From positions 1 through 64,000 of the IMG/VR virus record IMGVR_UViG_3300013116_000108: a stretch of DNA of 64,000 bases; one strand, given 5' to 3'. The position numbers and the translations under genes are program-made. Below the pieces are notes generated by a model, which was not told the origin of the DNA, searched no databases, and saw only the letters and a program-made list of their open reading frames with translations. Each line of letters begins with the position of its first letter. The first letter of the stretch is position 1. Below are positions 20,150-29,022 of the stretch, in pieces.

Positions 20150-20341
20150 TTACTCCCCAAACGTATCCATTAAAGTAGGTCCAAATGTTGTAAAGGCATA
20201 CGATAAAGCAACGATTGTTATTACACCAAATATTAACCATTTCATTTTAAAATCATCTACAACCATCTTAAACCCTATAAGTTCGTTGCCTAATACTCTC
20301 ACAGACATTTCAATTTTGCCTTCGTCTTCTTTATTGCTCAT
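20150..20341 (-). CDS. Small membrane protein
   Basis: C-terminal hydrophobic helix; GAGGAAG RBS. Confidence 0.6.
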   Translation of the reverse strand: MSNKEDEGKIEMSVRVLGNELIGFKMVVDDFKMKWLIFGVITIVALSYAFTTFGPTLMDTFGE

Positions 20342-20474
20342 TTAATTCTTCCTCGGTTAATATATTTCCGTAATGTGGCCACCCATAATCATCAGGACTT
20401 TCTCCAACGTATCTCCAACGTATTACTCCTGTGTCTGGATTACGCTCGTAAATTTTTGGTCTTTCTTCGCTCAT
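20331..20474 (-). CDS. Small phage protein
   Basis: MSEERPKIYERNPDTG; ATGA overlap with upstream stop. Confidence 0.55.
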   Translation of the reverse strand: MSEERPKIYERNPDTGVIRWRYVGESPDDYGWPHYGNILTEEELNEQ

Positions 20475-21886
20475 TCGATTTCTCCAAACTTGGCCCAACG
20501 TGTTCTTCCTAAACACACCCAACCAATAGGTTGTCCTATTTGAGGTTGTGTGTTCCAATGTATATCTCCTATTGATCCGTCGATGCCAGGGATATTAGGT
20601 CCCTGTGTAAATCGTCTATCATCTAAGACAGGATTTTTAATAACAGTTGAGTCTTCTGTAATTGTAATTTTAGGATCTCTGTTAACACCTAATTCTAAAT
20701 CGTGTCCACGTCCTGTTCCAACCCAGCCAGTTTTTGCTTTGCTTCTACCTAAAGTAACTTGTACACCTTCGTCCCATATATCTATAGGCATTGTAGGCTC
20801 ATCAGTATTAACACCAATTCTTCCTAGTGGAGAAAAGTATACACTACTTGCTAAACTAGTTTCACCTGAAACTACTAACTCTCGTAATGTTCCAACTGTT
20901 CTTAAGTTAGAATTTATAACAGTATTTCCTAATGCTTGTTCTTCTAATACTACTCGTTTGCCAATAGTTAAACTGCCGCCTTCAGGAATAATACTTTCTA
21001 ATTCAACCTTAGTACTCATGTACTCTACTAAATCGTCTTTAATGCTTTCTGGTAGTTTTATGTTACCTTTAACATCTAAATCTTTCTCTACTGTTACACT
21101 TCCTAATACATTAAGATTACTAACTTGTGATTCGTTAACTACTAACGACTCTGCTGTAATAGATTGTGTATCTACAGATATAAAATTTCCTGTGCCACTA
21201 ACTGTTAATCTTTGTGATTCTATATTTTCTGTTTGTAAAGTTTGATGTACATTTACAACTTTATCACTAATGGTTAATTGTGTGCCAGTTGCGTTATCTT
21301 GTATACCGTCACTTTCAAAACTTTTTATTTTACCTGGATGTACTTGTGATTGATCTAATTTAAACCCTGTAAAATTAATAGCACCATGTGGTATTTGTCC
21401 ATCGTTAAATGTTACATCAATACCATTTAAAAATTTAGCAGGTCCTTTGAATTCGTTTTCACCTTGTGTTGTTAACTTGCCTAACACTAAAGCATCTTGA
21501 TGAAATAATGCTGATTCTGTAATAGATAAATTTTTGGCTTTTGCTCTACCGGCAACATCAATATTATTTTGGAGGGTAATGTTTGTTGCTACTAAAGAAT
21601 CTTCTACTACTACAGTATCATCTAAAATCGTAAGTTGAATATTATTTGATCTGTCCTCAATACCTGGTGTTTCATACGGATCATTAAATCCAATAAAATC
21701 AATTGACTCTGCTTTAATACTTCGTGGAGGGAATGAGTAATTTTGAAGAGATTTAGATAAATGGTCTGAAACTATTTCTTTAAAATTTAAAGTCTTCAGT
21801 GCTTTTAATACAGCATTATTAACTTGCGCCGCTACTGAATCTCTAACTAGCTCTTGGACTACTCCATCTAATAATTGATTTTTCAT
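20471..21886 (-). CDS. Probable virion fibre/structural protein with internal repeats
   Basis: Repeated GI.DxxT..QLTI.D..V and beta-rich L.V.G patterns; SNLRTVGTLRELVVSG. Confidence 0.55.
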   Translation of the reverse strand: MKNQLLDGVVQELVRDSVAAQVNNAVLKALKTLNFKEIVSDHLSKSLQNYSFPPRSIKAESIDFIGFNDPYETPGIEDRSNNIQLTILDDTVVVEDSLVATNITLQNNIDVAGRAKAKNLSITESALFHQDALVLGKLTTQGENEFKGPAKFLNGIDVTFNDGQIPHGAINFTGFKLDQSQVHPGKIKSFESDGIQDNATGTQLTISDKVVNVHQTLQTENIESQRLTVSGTGNFISVDTQSITAESLVVNESQVSNLNVLGSVTVEKDLDVKGNIKLPESIKDDLVEYMSTKVELESIIPEGGSLTIGKRVVLEEQALGNTVINSNLRTVGTLRELVVSGETSLASSVYFSPLGRIGVNTDEPTMPIDIWDEGVQVTLGRSKAKTGWVGTGRGHDLELGVNRDPKITITEDSTVIKNPVLDDRRFTQGPNIPGIDGSIGDIHWNTQPQIGQPIGWVCLGRTRWAKFGEIE

Positions 21887-21894
21887 TGATTTTC

Positions 21895-22677
21895 CTATTC
21901 ATAGTCGATTGAAATAACGTGTTCAAATGTTTTATTAATTAGCGGTTTATAAAATAAGTTTTTATGAATAGTAAATCCTGTACTACCAGAATCGCTACTA
22001 AACTTTGCTAATTGTTTAAAGAACATCGTTCTCCTTTTAGTTTTACTTGCTCCAATTAGTTTATCTTCTTCGATATGTAACCAATTGTTTTCGTAGTTTT
22101 GTCTATCAACCGGATTCCATGTTCTGTGGTTCATAAACAAATTTTGTTTACCATTAATATTTATTGTTAACGGTAAGTCGGCCATCCTACTCTGGCTTGT
22201 TTGATTTTTATAGTCTACTAGACTTGTAATAAATTTACCTTTAGTAACCTTTGCTACTTGGCTTATAAACTCTTTTTGCTCGTCTTCAGAGTTAAAGTAT
22301 GTCATAGTTTGATCTAAACCTAATACTAAATCGTATGTGTTTCCTTCTTTAATTTCATTCTCTAACGTGTGATTAACCATGCCTTCCATAGTGTCTTTAT
22401 AACCATTAACACCTTCGAAAGTTGAAGAAAGAAAATCATGCTGTCCTATAGGACAATATATTGCTCTTACAGTATGTCCTCTAGCCGCTAATCCTGTAGC
22501 AACTAGGCTACAACCTAAACTCAAAACATTATAAGTTTTAGGATGTGTTCCTTTAGCAAAGCCAAGTGCCGTATCGATAATGCCCGTTTTAACGTCTGCG
22601 ATTTCTATTGTTTTCTTGGGGTTTGAAGCGATTACGGTCCTAATAGCGTCGTAGTATTCTGATTGATGATCATTCAT
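21895..22677 (-). CDS. SAM-dependent methyltransferase-like protein
   Basis: NVLSLGC motif I-like, YDLVLGL motif; degenerate. Confidence 0.45.
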   Translation of the reverse strand: MNDHQSEYYDAIRTVIASNPKKTIEIADVKTGIIDTALGFAKGTHPKTYNVLSLGCSLVATGLAARGHTVRAIYCPIGQHDFLSSTFEGVNGYKDTMEGMVNHTLENEIKEGNTYDLVLGLDQTMTYFNSEDEQKEFISQVAKVTKGKFITSLVDYKNQTSQSRMADLPLTININGKQNLFMNHRTWNPVDRQNYENNWLHIEEDKLIGASKTKRRTMFFKQLAKFSSDSGSTGFTIHKNLFYKPLINKTFEHVISIDYE

Positions 22678-22737
22678 ATTTTTATCGATTCCTATTCGGT
22701 TACTGTATTTACCATTTAGAATGAGAATGTCAATGAG

Positions 22738-22813
22738 TGGTGGAGGATACCAGGATCGAACTGGTGACCTCCTGAATGCAAATCAGGCGCTCTCCCATCT
22801 GAGCTAATCCCCC
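22738..22813 (-). tRNA. tRNA-Ala(UGC), CCA encoded
   Basis: 76 nt cloverleaf; acceptor GGGGGAT/ATCCTCC with G3:U70; anticodon arm CCTGA-TTTGCAT-TCAGG; GTTCGAT T-loop. Confidence 0.97.
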
Positions 22814-23190
22814 TATTTTGTATGTGAGTCTAATTCAACTAAACTAGTTTCTCTATCGATAAACTTGTATTCAACTTTTACTGGATCAAATTCTTTCATT
22901 AGATCAAAAATTAATTGAGGATCAAAGTCGGAACAAGAATAAACATCCAATTGAACTAGCCCTGGATTAGATTCATCCCAACAATGTAAAGCAATGTGAG
23001 ATGTTTCAATTATTACCAAACCAGTTAAGCCAGCATTACCAGGAACATCAACGTATGCTGTAATTGGACCTTGGCATATTTTCATGTCTAATTTTTTTAC
23101 TAGATCTGTTAGCCAAGCATGACACCAACTAGGATCGTCTGGAGTTTTTCTAGTTTCTGCCCTTACAATTAGATGTTTATGCTTCGTCAT
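22813..23190 (-). CDS. speD: Pyruvoyl-dependent S-adenosylmethionine decarboxylase-like proenzyme
   Basis: HKHLIV, GLTGLVIIETSHIALHCW, LDVYSC; substrate could be SAM, Arg or Orn. Confidence 0.85.
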   Translation of the reverse strand: MTKHKHLIVRAETRKTPDDPSWCHAWLTDLVKKLDMKICQGPITAYVDVPGNAGLTGLVIIETSHIALHCWDESNPGLVQLDVYSCSDFDPQLIFDLMKEFDPVKVEYKFIDRETSLVELDSHTK

Positions 23191-23402
23191 TTAAAGTACT
23201 TATTTAAAACTTCAATTCTATCATTTTGTGTTGCTATAATATCTAACTCTTTTTGTATTGTTTCCAATATATCTGAGTGTTCACCAATCCCTACTGTCTT
23301 GGCTAGGTACACATCAATATTAGTTTTATGTAATGCTATTTCACCATGAGCGTGGTCAATCAAACCACCAATGATGCGTTCTCTCATTTCCTGTTCAGAC
23401 AT
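23187..23402 (-). CDS. Small conserved-type phage protein
   Basis: Start MSEQEM after AAAGGA; VGIGEHSDI motif. Confidence 0.7.
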   Translation of the reverse strand: MSEQEMRERIIGGLIDHAHGEIALHKTNIDVYLAKTVGIGEHSDILETIQKELDIIATQNDRIEVLNKYFK

Positions 23403-23423
23403 GTTTTTTCCTTTCTTAATATC

Positions 23424-23499
23424 TGGTGCCGGCACACGGACTCGAACCGCGGACCTACTGATTACAAATCAGTTGCTCTACCAACTGAGCTATGCCGGC
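23424..23499 (-). tRNA. tRNA-Thr(UGU), CCA encoded
   Basis: 76 nt; acceptor GCCGGCA/TGCCGGC; anticodon arm ACTGA-TTTGTAA-TCAGT; GTTCGAG T-loop. Confidence 0.97.
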
Positions 23500-23522
23500 T
23501 ATCAATACTTATCCTACAGTAT

Positions 23523-24707
23523 TTAAACACCGTAATCTTCTTGTCCGCCTTCACGTTCAATATCTAGTGTAACACAATGCCATCCTGCGTCCCAGAAGTG
23601 CCTGTGTCTGTTTGGTACATGGATCATGTCAATACCATGTGAGTTGAATGTTTTTTCTAATTCTAAATTCTCAGCATTTACTACTGCTGTTTTTTCGTCT
23701 AGCATTAACAGATTAACATCAAAAACTGTTTCTTCTACAAACCCAACCCAATCGTCTAACCAGGTTTCTACAAAGTCTGTAAACTCAGCATTATCTTCTT
23801 CACCAGGCATCCACCATTTACCTTCGTTATGCTTTTTAATATCTAAAAACGGTCTTACTTGATTTAAGTTGCTTTCTGGTAAGAATATTTTATCCCAACC
23901 TGGGAAAGATTCAGCGTAATGTCCAATATCTTGTGTTGTTAATAATACGCCCGGTTTTAGCACATTAAAAACAGCATCATTATGACCACCAATAAAAACA
24001 CCTTTATAGTTGAACTGCGGATATGCCAATTCCATGTAGTCAGCAATATCTACTGCCTGTTGAGTATCAGCAAAACAAGTCTTTCCTACTCTAGTTAATT
24101 CCGGAGCACAAAACCCTGTCATTCTATCTGTTGTATGTTGCTCTTGTTCTAATTCTAATAATGTGTCAATATCGCTATCTTTAATACCTAACCGACCTAA
24201 TCTATTTCTGTGATTTGCTGTTGTTCTTGTAAACTTCTTTTTATTTTTAACAATGCTCCAATCAAAGTTATCACCAAACCATTTCTCAAGCAATGGAACC
24301 CATGGTTTGGATTCAAAAGCACTTCCAGTCATTACTACTTGATTGCCCATTGTAACAAAATCATCACGCGGATTAAGTGGTGGGACAGGTAGTTGATTTC
24401 TGCCCTTTTCATGTTGACCATGTTTATCACTTCCCATGCCCAACTTACCTTCTTCATCCAAATAGTCCATTATACTTGTTTTGTATCCAAGTTCTTCTGT
24501 TGTAGTAGTATATGTTTTAGCACCGAAGTCTTCTACTACCTTTTTTAAGTTATCTAAATCTTCTAATGTTTCACTAGCAATACGCTGAAGACAATCTCTT
24601 GCTTTAGAGTTTTTAACGTCTTCAAAAAATTCTGGAGGATAAGTTGTACCAATTACTAATTGTTTGAGCGGTTGGAATTCGCTCCATGAGTTTACTTTAT
24701 TTGTCAT
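23523..24707 (-). CDS. Amidinotransferase (pentein; glycine/inosamine-phosphate amidinotransferase-like) copy 1
   Basis: VNSWSEFQPLKQLVIG, PRDD, GGHND, FDVN, AGWHCVTLD. Confidence 0.85.
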   Translation of the reverse strand: MTNKVNSWSEFQPLKQLVIGTTYPPEFFEDVKNSKARDCLQRIASETLEDLDNLKKVVEDFGAKTYTTTTEELGYKTSIMDYLDEEGKLGMGSDKHGQHEKGRNQLPVPPLNPRDDFVTMGNQVVMTGSAFESKPWVPLLEKWFGDNFDWSIVKNKKKFTRTTANHRNRLGRLGIKDSDIDTLLELEQEQHTTDRMTGFCAPELTRVGKTCFADTQQAVDIADYMELAYPQFNYKGVFIGGHNDAVFNVLKPGVLLTTQDIGHYAESFPGWDKIFLPESNLNQVRPFLDIKKHNEGKWWMPGEEDNAEFTDFVETWLDDWVGFVEETVFDVNLLMLDEKTAVVNAENLELEKTFNSHGIDMIHVPNRHRHFWDAGWHCVTLDIEREGGQEDYGV

Positions 24708-25059
24708 TTAATGATTCTCTGTGTTTAGTTAAATCGTCGGGGAAATCCCTGTATAAGAAATGCTGTATTGTTTCCAGTTCAACATACTTGTTAAAGCCGT
24801 GATGCTCGTCTTCAATCTTGTTTTCGTTTGTTACTACACTAGACATGGCATCATCTAGTTGTTGCATATTTTTAAATTCCATATCAATACGAAATTCCGG
24901 TAATTCCATTGAACGAAATCCTAATTTCATTCTTGTAATTCTATATGATTCCATTCGTCCTGCTTGAACTAACTTATCTAAGAATTTAGTCATATATCTT
25001 ATGAATTCATGAGCTGTGACCTCTTCGGTATGATCTGAGTAAATAGTATAAACATCCAT
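24697..25059 (-). CDS. DUF6614-like dimeric alpha-beta barrel protein
   Basis: YRITRMKLGFR..LPEFRIDMEF..MQQLDDAM..LYRDFPD; start moved to MDVY. Confidence 0.6.
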   Translation of the reverse strand: MDVYTIYSDHTEEVTAHEFIRYMTKFLDKLVQAGRMESYRITRMKLGFRSMELPEFRIDMEFKNMQQLDDAMSSVVTNENKIEDEHHGFNKYVELETIQHFLYRDFPDDLTKHRESLNDK

Positions 25060-25125
25060 TTGATAACTTCCTTTTGTATTTAATATATAAGTAATTATCA
25101 GAGCATATAACAGAAAAACAAATTC

Positions 25126-25809
25126 ATGAAAGTTTATTACGATCACATTTACGGAACCATGGAAAACATGGATATCCGTTGTACAGAAATATTAGCAAAA
25201 CACGTTAAACCAGAAGAAGAATTAAAAGCATTAGACATGGGCTTTTTGTGGTCTAAGGTTGCTGACGATGGCGAAATATGGTATAACAGTCGTTCAGTTA
25301 GAGTTGATTTAAGCACCTGGAAAACAAGAAGAAGTAAGCCTGTTTGGAATAATGTAAAAGAACTTAAAAGAACTGATCCTCGCTGGCCTACTATGTACCG
25401 CGATTATATAAAAAGTAAAGGCTTGTATCCGTACCCAGGTGATGACGAACTACACAAAGAAAACAAACTGCTTGGCTACTTTGATGACAATGACAAATTA
25501 TTAGGATTGTCTAAATTACGTGAATATGTGGGAGCCTGGGAGACTTGTGTATTTGTACATGACCATTCTATTCCTAACTTCGGACGTATAACACTTGACC
25601 ATGAAATTCATCTTGCTACTATGTTAGGACATAAACACATTTACATTGGTTCTGGTTATGAGAAAACTTGTATATACAAAGGCAAGTTAAAAGGTTTTGA
25701 ATTTTGGACTGGCGAAAAATGGAATAGCAATAAAGAAGATTACATTAAACTTTGTCAGCGTGATAGTCTTGTTAGGACTTTACAGGATCTTCATGATGTC
25801 TCCAGTTAA
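25126..25809 (+). CDS. ATE1/Bpt-like aminoacyl-tRNA-protein transferase
   Basis: ALDMGF, SRSVRVDL, MYRDY, FGRITLDHEI..A..LGHKHIYIG.GY...CIYK...GFEFW match the ATE_N/ATE_C pattern (SLG...L..I..A...G..Y.YLGY...C.KM.YK). Confidence 0.7.
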   Translation: MKVYYDHIYGTMENMDIRCTEILAKHVKPEEELKALDMGFLWSKVADDGEIWYNSRSVRVDLSTWKTRRSKPVWNNVKELKRTDPRWPTMYRDYIKSKGLYPYPGDDELHKENKLLGYFDDNDKLLGLSKLREYVGAWETCVFVHDHSIPNFGRITLDHEIHLATMLGHKHIYIGSGYEKTCIYKGKLKGFEFWTGEKWNSNKEDYIKLCQRDSLVRTLQDLHDVSS

Positions 25810-26284
25810 CTACATCATCTAAATTTTCTTTACTCCAAACATCATAGTATCCTCTCTTTTTAAGTATACCACTAAACATTTGTATTTTACTCAATCGTTG
25901 CATTAACATAATAGGATATTTCCCATTGTTCATTATTATACCGTTAATGTTTTCTTCTTCATCTGGGTGGTCTTCTAACACCACAAAATCCTGCTCCATT
26001 AAATAAAGTTTATTTGTATTTTCTACCATAACACTTAAATTAGTAGAATTAATATTAGGAACAAAAATACAACATACATCTGTATCCTCATTCCAGCGTT
26101 TTGCTTTTTCTTTAAGGTATGAGTCAATTTTAATTTCACATACTTCAAACTCTACTTTGTTATCTATTATTGCCTGCTTGGCAAAAGGACATGGCGGAAA
26201 GTTGTTTAGGTCTGGATTTGGTTGCGATACAAAATCGTCTATCCATTTTAGGATATAAGTTTGTGCTTCTTCTAAATTAAACAT
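25772..26284 (-). CDS. DUF1415-like protein
   Basis: WI..FV..PN..LNNFPPCPFAK, EDHPD, YPIMLMQRL. Confidence 0.55.
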   Translation of the reverse strand: MFNLEEAQTYILKWIDDFVSQPNPDLNNFPPCPFAKQAIIDNKVEFEVCEIKIDSYLKEKAKRWNEDTDVCCIFVPNINSTNLSVMVENTNKLYLMEQDFVVLEDHPDEEENINGIIMNNGKYPIMLMQRLSKIQMFSGILKKRGYYDVWSKENLDDVVNWRHHEDPVKS

Positions 26285-27194
26285 TGAATGTATCCGAATG
26301 TATTTCTAAGTTAGTGTCATATAACTTTGCTATTACAATAGAATTAGAAGAATACCTAACCCTTGCTATAATAATCATAAGTTCGTTAAATGATGTTGTC
26401 AAATAAGTCATCATAGAAGTTAAAAAGTTTCCTATAAGCCAAACTGTATCAGTTGGATATAATTCTAACTTTTCTTTTAATTCATCTATTGTAGAAAATG
26501 TATCACTATGTTCGTAATCTTTAACAATTGATTTTATATCATCTGTAAAATTTTTGTGATACACAATATTTGTTTTTCCTGAGTTACGGAGTATGGATTT
26601 ATGTGACGGAGATACCTTCCATGGATTTTCTAAATAGATATCTTTGGGGAAATCATCAACAGTCCATTTAGTATAATCTATATCGTTTTGAGAACGATCA
26701 TAAATCATTGTATTATCTACAATAATTTTTAAGTTATTTGCCTTACAGCATTCTTCTATTTCAGCAATATTATTACTTTTATAAACATAACTATAATTAG
26801 GATTTATAATAAAGTACTTGTCGTGGTCTCCCCTAACTAGGCCCCAATCATTACCTAAACTTCCAATCTTATCTACTAAATCGTTTCTAAAAGATATGCC
26901 TAACATTACTCCTGGCTTAATAACTATAATACCATAAGTAGCAATTAAACTAGTATGTGCTGTCCACGATATTCTATGTAAATCATCACCTACGTTATAT
27001 GCTACATTGTCACATGATAAATCATTTGAAGACCCAGGCACCGTACATCTATAATAGTATGCTGTTCTTTGTGCTAAGTTATGTGTTTGTAAGTCAGCAT
27101 GATCGGAGTAAATTAAATATAAGCAACTGCCCTTGTTAGTAGTTGCCTTTTCCTCTATTGTATTTTTAGTATCACTTATTATTGTTAATGGCAC
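26277..27194 (-). CDS. Hypothetical protein
   Basis: 305 aa ORF, overlapping neighbours. Confidence 0.6.
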   Translation of the reverse strand: MPLTIISDTKNTIEEKATTNKGSCLYLIYSDHADLQTHNLAQRTAYYYRCTVPGSSNDLSCDNVAYNVGDDLHRISWTAHTSLIATYGIIVIKPGVMLGISFRNDLVDKIGSLGNDWGLVRGDHDKYFIINPNYSYVYKSNNIAEIEECCKANNLKIIVDNTMIYDRSQNDIDYTKWTVDDFPKDIYLENPWKVSPSHKSILRNSGKTNIVYHKNFTDDIKSIVKDYEHSDTFSTIDELKEKLELYPTDTVWLIGNFLTSMMTYLTTSFNELMIIIARVRYSSNSIVIAKLYDTNLEIHSDTFNV

Positions 27195-27658
27195 ACTAAT
27201 ATCGCTCCTTCTCGTAATGTTAATTTGCTTATGGATTCATTTAAAGAATCTAACCTAGTATTATTTGTTTTGTAAACTAATACATCGCTGTTATCAAAAG
27301 ATGTGATAGTATCTTTTTCAATATAAAATATTTTTTTAAAATTGGTAATCTCAACTTCTTGCGGTAATACTAAATTGTACAATATAATTTTCTTTAATTT
27401 TAAAAATTCAATCCATTGATCTAATATTTTAGTATTATTAAGTTCAACAAGGTACCCTTCTTTACTATTCCATATAACCATACCTTCAGATCCAACTTTA
27501 TATTTCATTGACCTTAATTCTATTATAAGTTTAATATCAAGTGTTTCTACTCTCAAGTGTGAAAGAGTATCTACTTCCTTGATATCAAATTCTTTATCAA
27601 TAGGCTTTGGTGTACTAGTCAATTTTCTATTGACGATTGAAGTTGTTTTGAGTGTCAT
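27185..27658 (-). CDS. Hypothetical protein
   Basis: 157 aa ORF after TAAATA motif. Confidence 0.6.
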   Translation of the reverse strand: MTLKTTSIVNRKLTSTPKPIDKEFDIKEVDTLSHLRVETLDIKLIIELRSMKYKVGSEGMVIWNSKEGYLVELNNTKILDQWIEFLKLKKIILYNLVLPQEVEITNFKKIFYIEKDTITSFDNSDVLVYKTNNTRLDSLNESISKLTLREGAILVCH

Positions 27659-27683
27659 GATTACCTTTATTTTAGGTATTTAT

Positions 27684-28619
27684 TTACGCGGCAATCGGTG
27701 CGGCTTGAAAACGTTTTCCAAAGATATTTTTAGTAAACAATCCCCAATCAGCATCTTTAGGATGCCATTCTTTTTTAGGAATTTCGCCGTTACTAAACTG
27801 CCATAGCCAACTACCAACACAACATGCTTCAGCATAATGCCAAGCACTAGCACCTTGTGTAGCAGGAACTCTAGTGTAGTAAAGTTCATTCTGAGGTTTC
27901 TTAAATTTAGTACCATTAATATTACAAAATATATCTAAGTAACTGTCTGTATGATTATACAAATGTCCTTCTTTACTATTGTGAACAATATCCCTATACT
28001 TCTTGCTCAGATACAACCAATTTAAACTATAATCATGGTTGTGATAAGGCAAATATAATGAGTGGCTTATAGTTTCAGCAATATAGTTTCTACTTCTTAA
28101 ACTTATTTCTGTAAAATGTTCTGTACCACTTTGTACAATATCTTTATATAACCTAGGATCTAAATTAGGAGCAATAGGTGTTCGGCCGTCCCACATATTT
28201 GGATTCATTCCAATATAATAATCAAGTCGGTCAACTGTTGAATATTCTCCTATCATTACTGCTGACATCATATCCATTAAACCTGAAAAAACGCCAATAC
28301 CATCTACTATGTTTTTTCCTGTTCCGTGAAACATGTCTGTTCTATTAATAGTAATAAGTGTATTATGCTCTGTCATAGCATTTGCTAGAGCATGAGTTAC
28401 ACCAAAGTCGCTATTACTAACAATATAATCGTGATTTTTTGTTATATCTTCTGGTGTAAAATTAGAAAACGGTAATGCTCCTTGTGAGAGTGTTTTACCT
28501 ACAGATGTATCATCAAACCAAGTACAAACAACTTCTGTATTAAACCGATTCTTTTGTCTAGTGATAACGCTTCTAATTGCGGATCCTAGTTGGCCGTTAC
28601 ATACTATTGCTACTCTCAT
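27684..28619 (-). CDS. Saccharopine dehydrogenase / carboxynorspermidine dehydrogenase-like NAD(P)-binding protein (degenerate)
   Basis: N-terminal Rossmann MRVAIVCNGQLG, G.GVFSGL.D, YIG pattern. Confidence 0.5.
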   Translation of the reverse strand: MRVAIVCNGQLGSAIRSVITRQKNRFNTEVVCTWFDDTSVGKTLSQGALPFSNFTPEDITKNHDYIVSNSDFGVTHALANAMTEHNTLITINRTDMFHGTGKNIVDGIGVFSGLMDMMSAVMIGEYSTVDRLDYYIGMNPNMWDGRTPIAPNLDPRLYKDIVQSGTEHFTEISLRSRNYIAETISHSLYLPYHNHDYSLNWLYLSKKYRDIVHNSKEGHLYNHTDSYLDIFCNINGTKFKKPQNELYYTRVPATQGASAWHYAEACCVGSWLWQFSNGEIPKKEWHPKDADWGLFTKNIFGKRFQAAPIAA

Positions 28620-28637
28620 TTGATCACCTCTATTTTG

Positions 28638-28650
28638 TATAAATATTTAT
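28638..28650. promoter_or_regulatory. Overlapping divergent T4-late-type motifs
   Basis: TATAAATATTTAT gives TATAAATA on + and ATAAATA on -, between divergent genes. Confidence 0.6.
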
Positions 28651-28700
28651 CGAAGATGTCTAATCAAATATTGAAAAAAGAATTAGGTAGGGAATAATTT

Positions 28701-28862
28701 ATGGATTTGAGTCTTATAGAATTGGTCACTCAATTATGGCCATTATTTTTAGGTTTTATCACATTAGTTATAGTATTAGCAAAAATGCATTCTGCTATTA
28801 CTGTTTTAGAAGAAAAAGTTAAAGTATTATTTGAACTTGTTAACAAAATCAATAGTAAATAA
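28701..28862 (+). CDS. 53-aa single-TM plus coiled-coil protein (missing from ORF track)
   Basis: MDLSLIELVTQLWPLFLGFITLVIVLAKMHSAITVLEEKVKVLFELVNKINSK; AGGGA RBS. Confidence 0.65.
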   Translation: MDLSLIELVTQLWPLFLGFITLVIVLAKMHSAITVLEEKVKVLFELVNKINSK

Positions 28863-28872
28863 AGGGAATATT

Positions 28873-29022
28873 ATGAGTAAAGACGACCAACGTGCTTGGA
28901 ATATGTTTAAAATATCAAACGGTGGACAATTATGGACCAGTTGTGATTTATGTAAAACGTTTTGTCTTGGCTTAATTGCTGGACTTTGTATAACTTTTAT
29001 ACTTGTTGCTATTATTTTGTAG
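28873..29022 (+). CDS. 49-aa Cys-containing membrane peptide
   Basis: AAGGGA RBS; CDLC and C-terminal TM helix. Confidence 0.5.
   Translation: MSKDDQRAWNMFKISNGGQLWTSCDLCKTFCLGLIAGLCITFILVAIIL

Noticed and set aside
23346-23567. + strand ORF, and the MPAPDIKK extension of ORF 23187-23435
   Set aside because: Both overlap tRNA-Thr; the real start is ATG 23402
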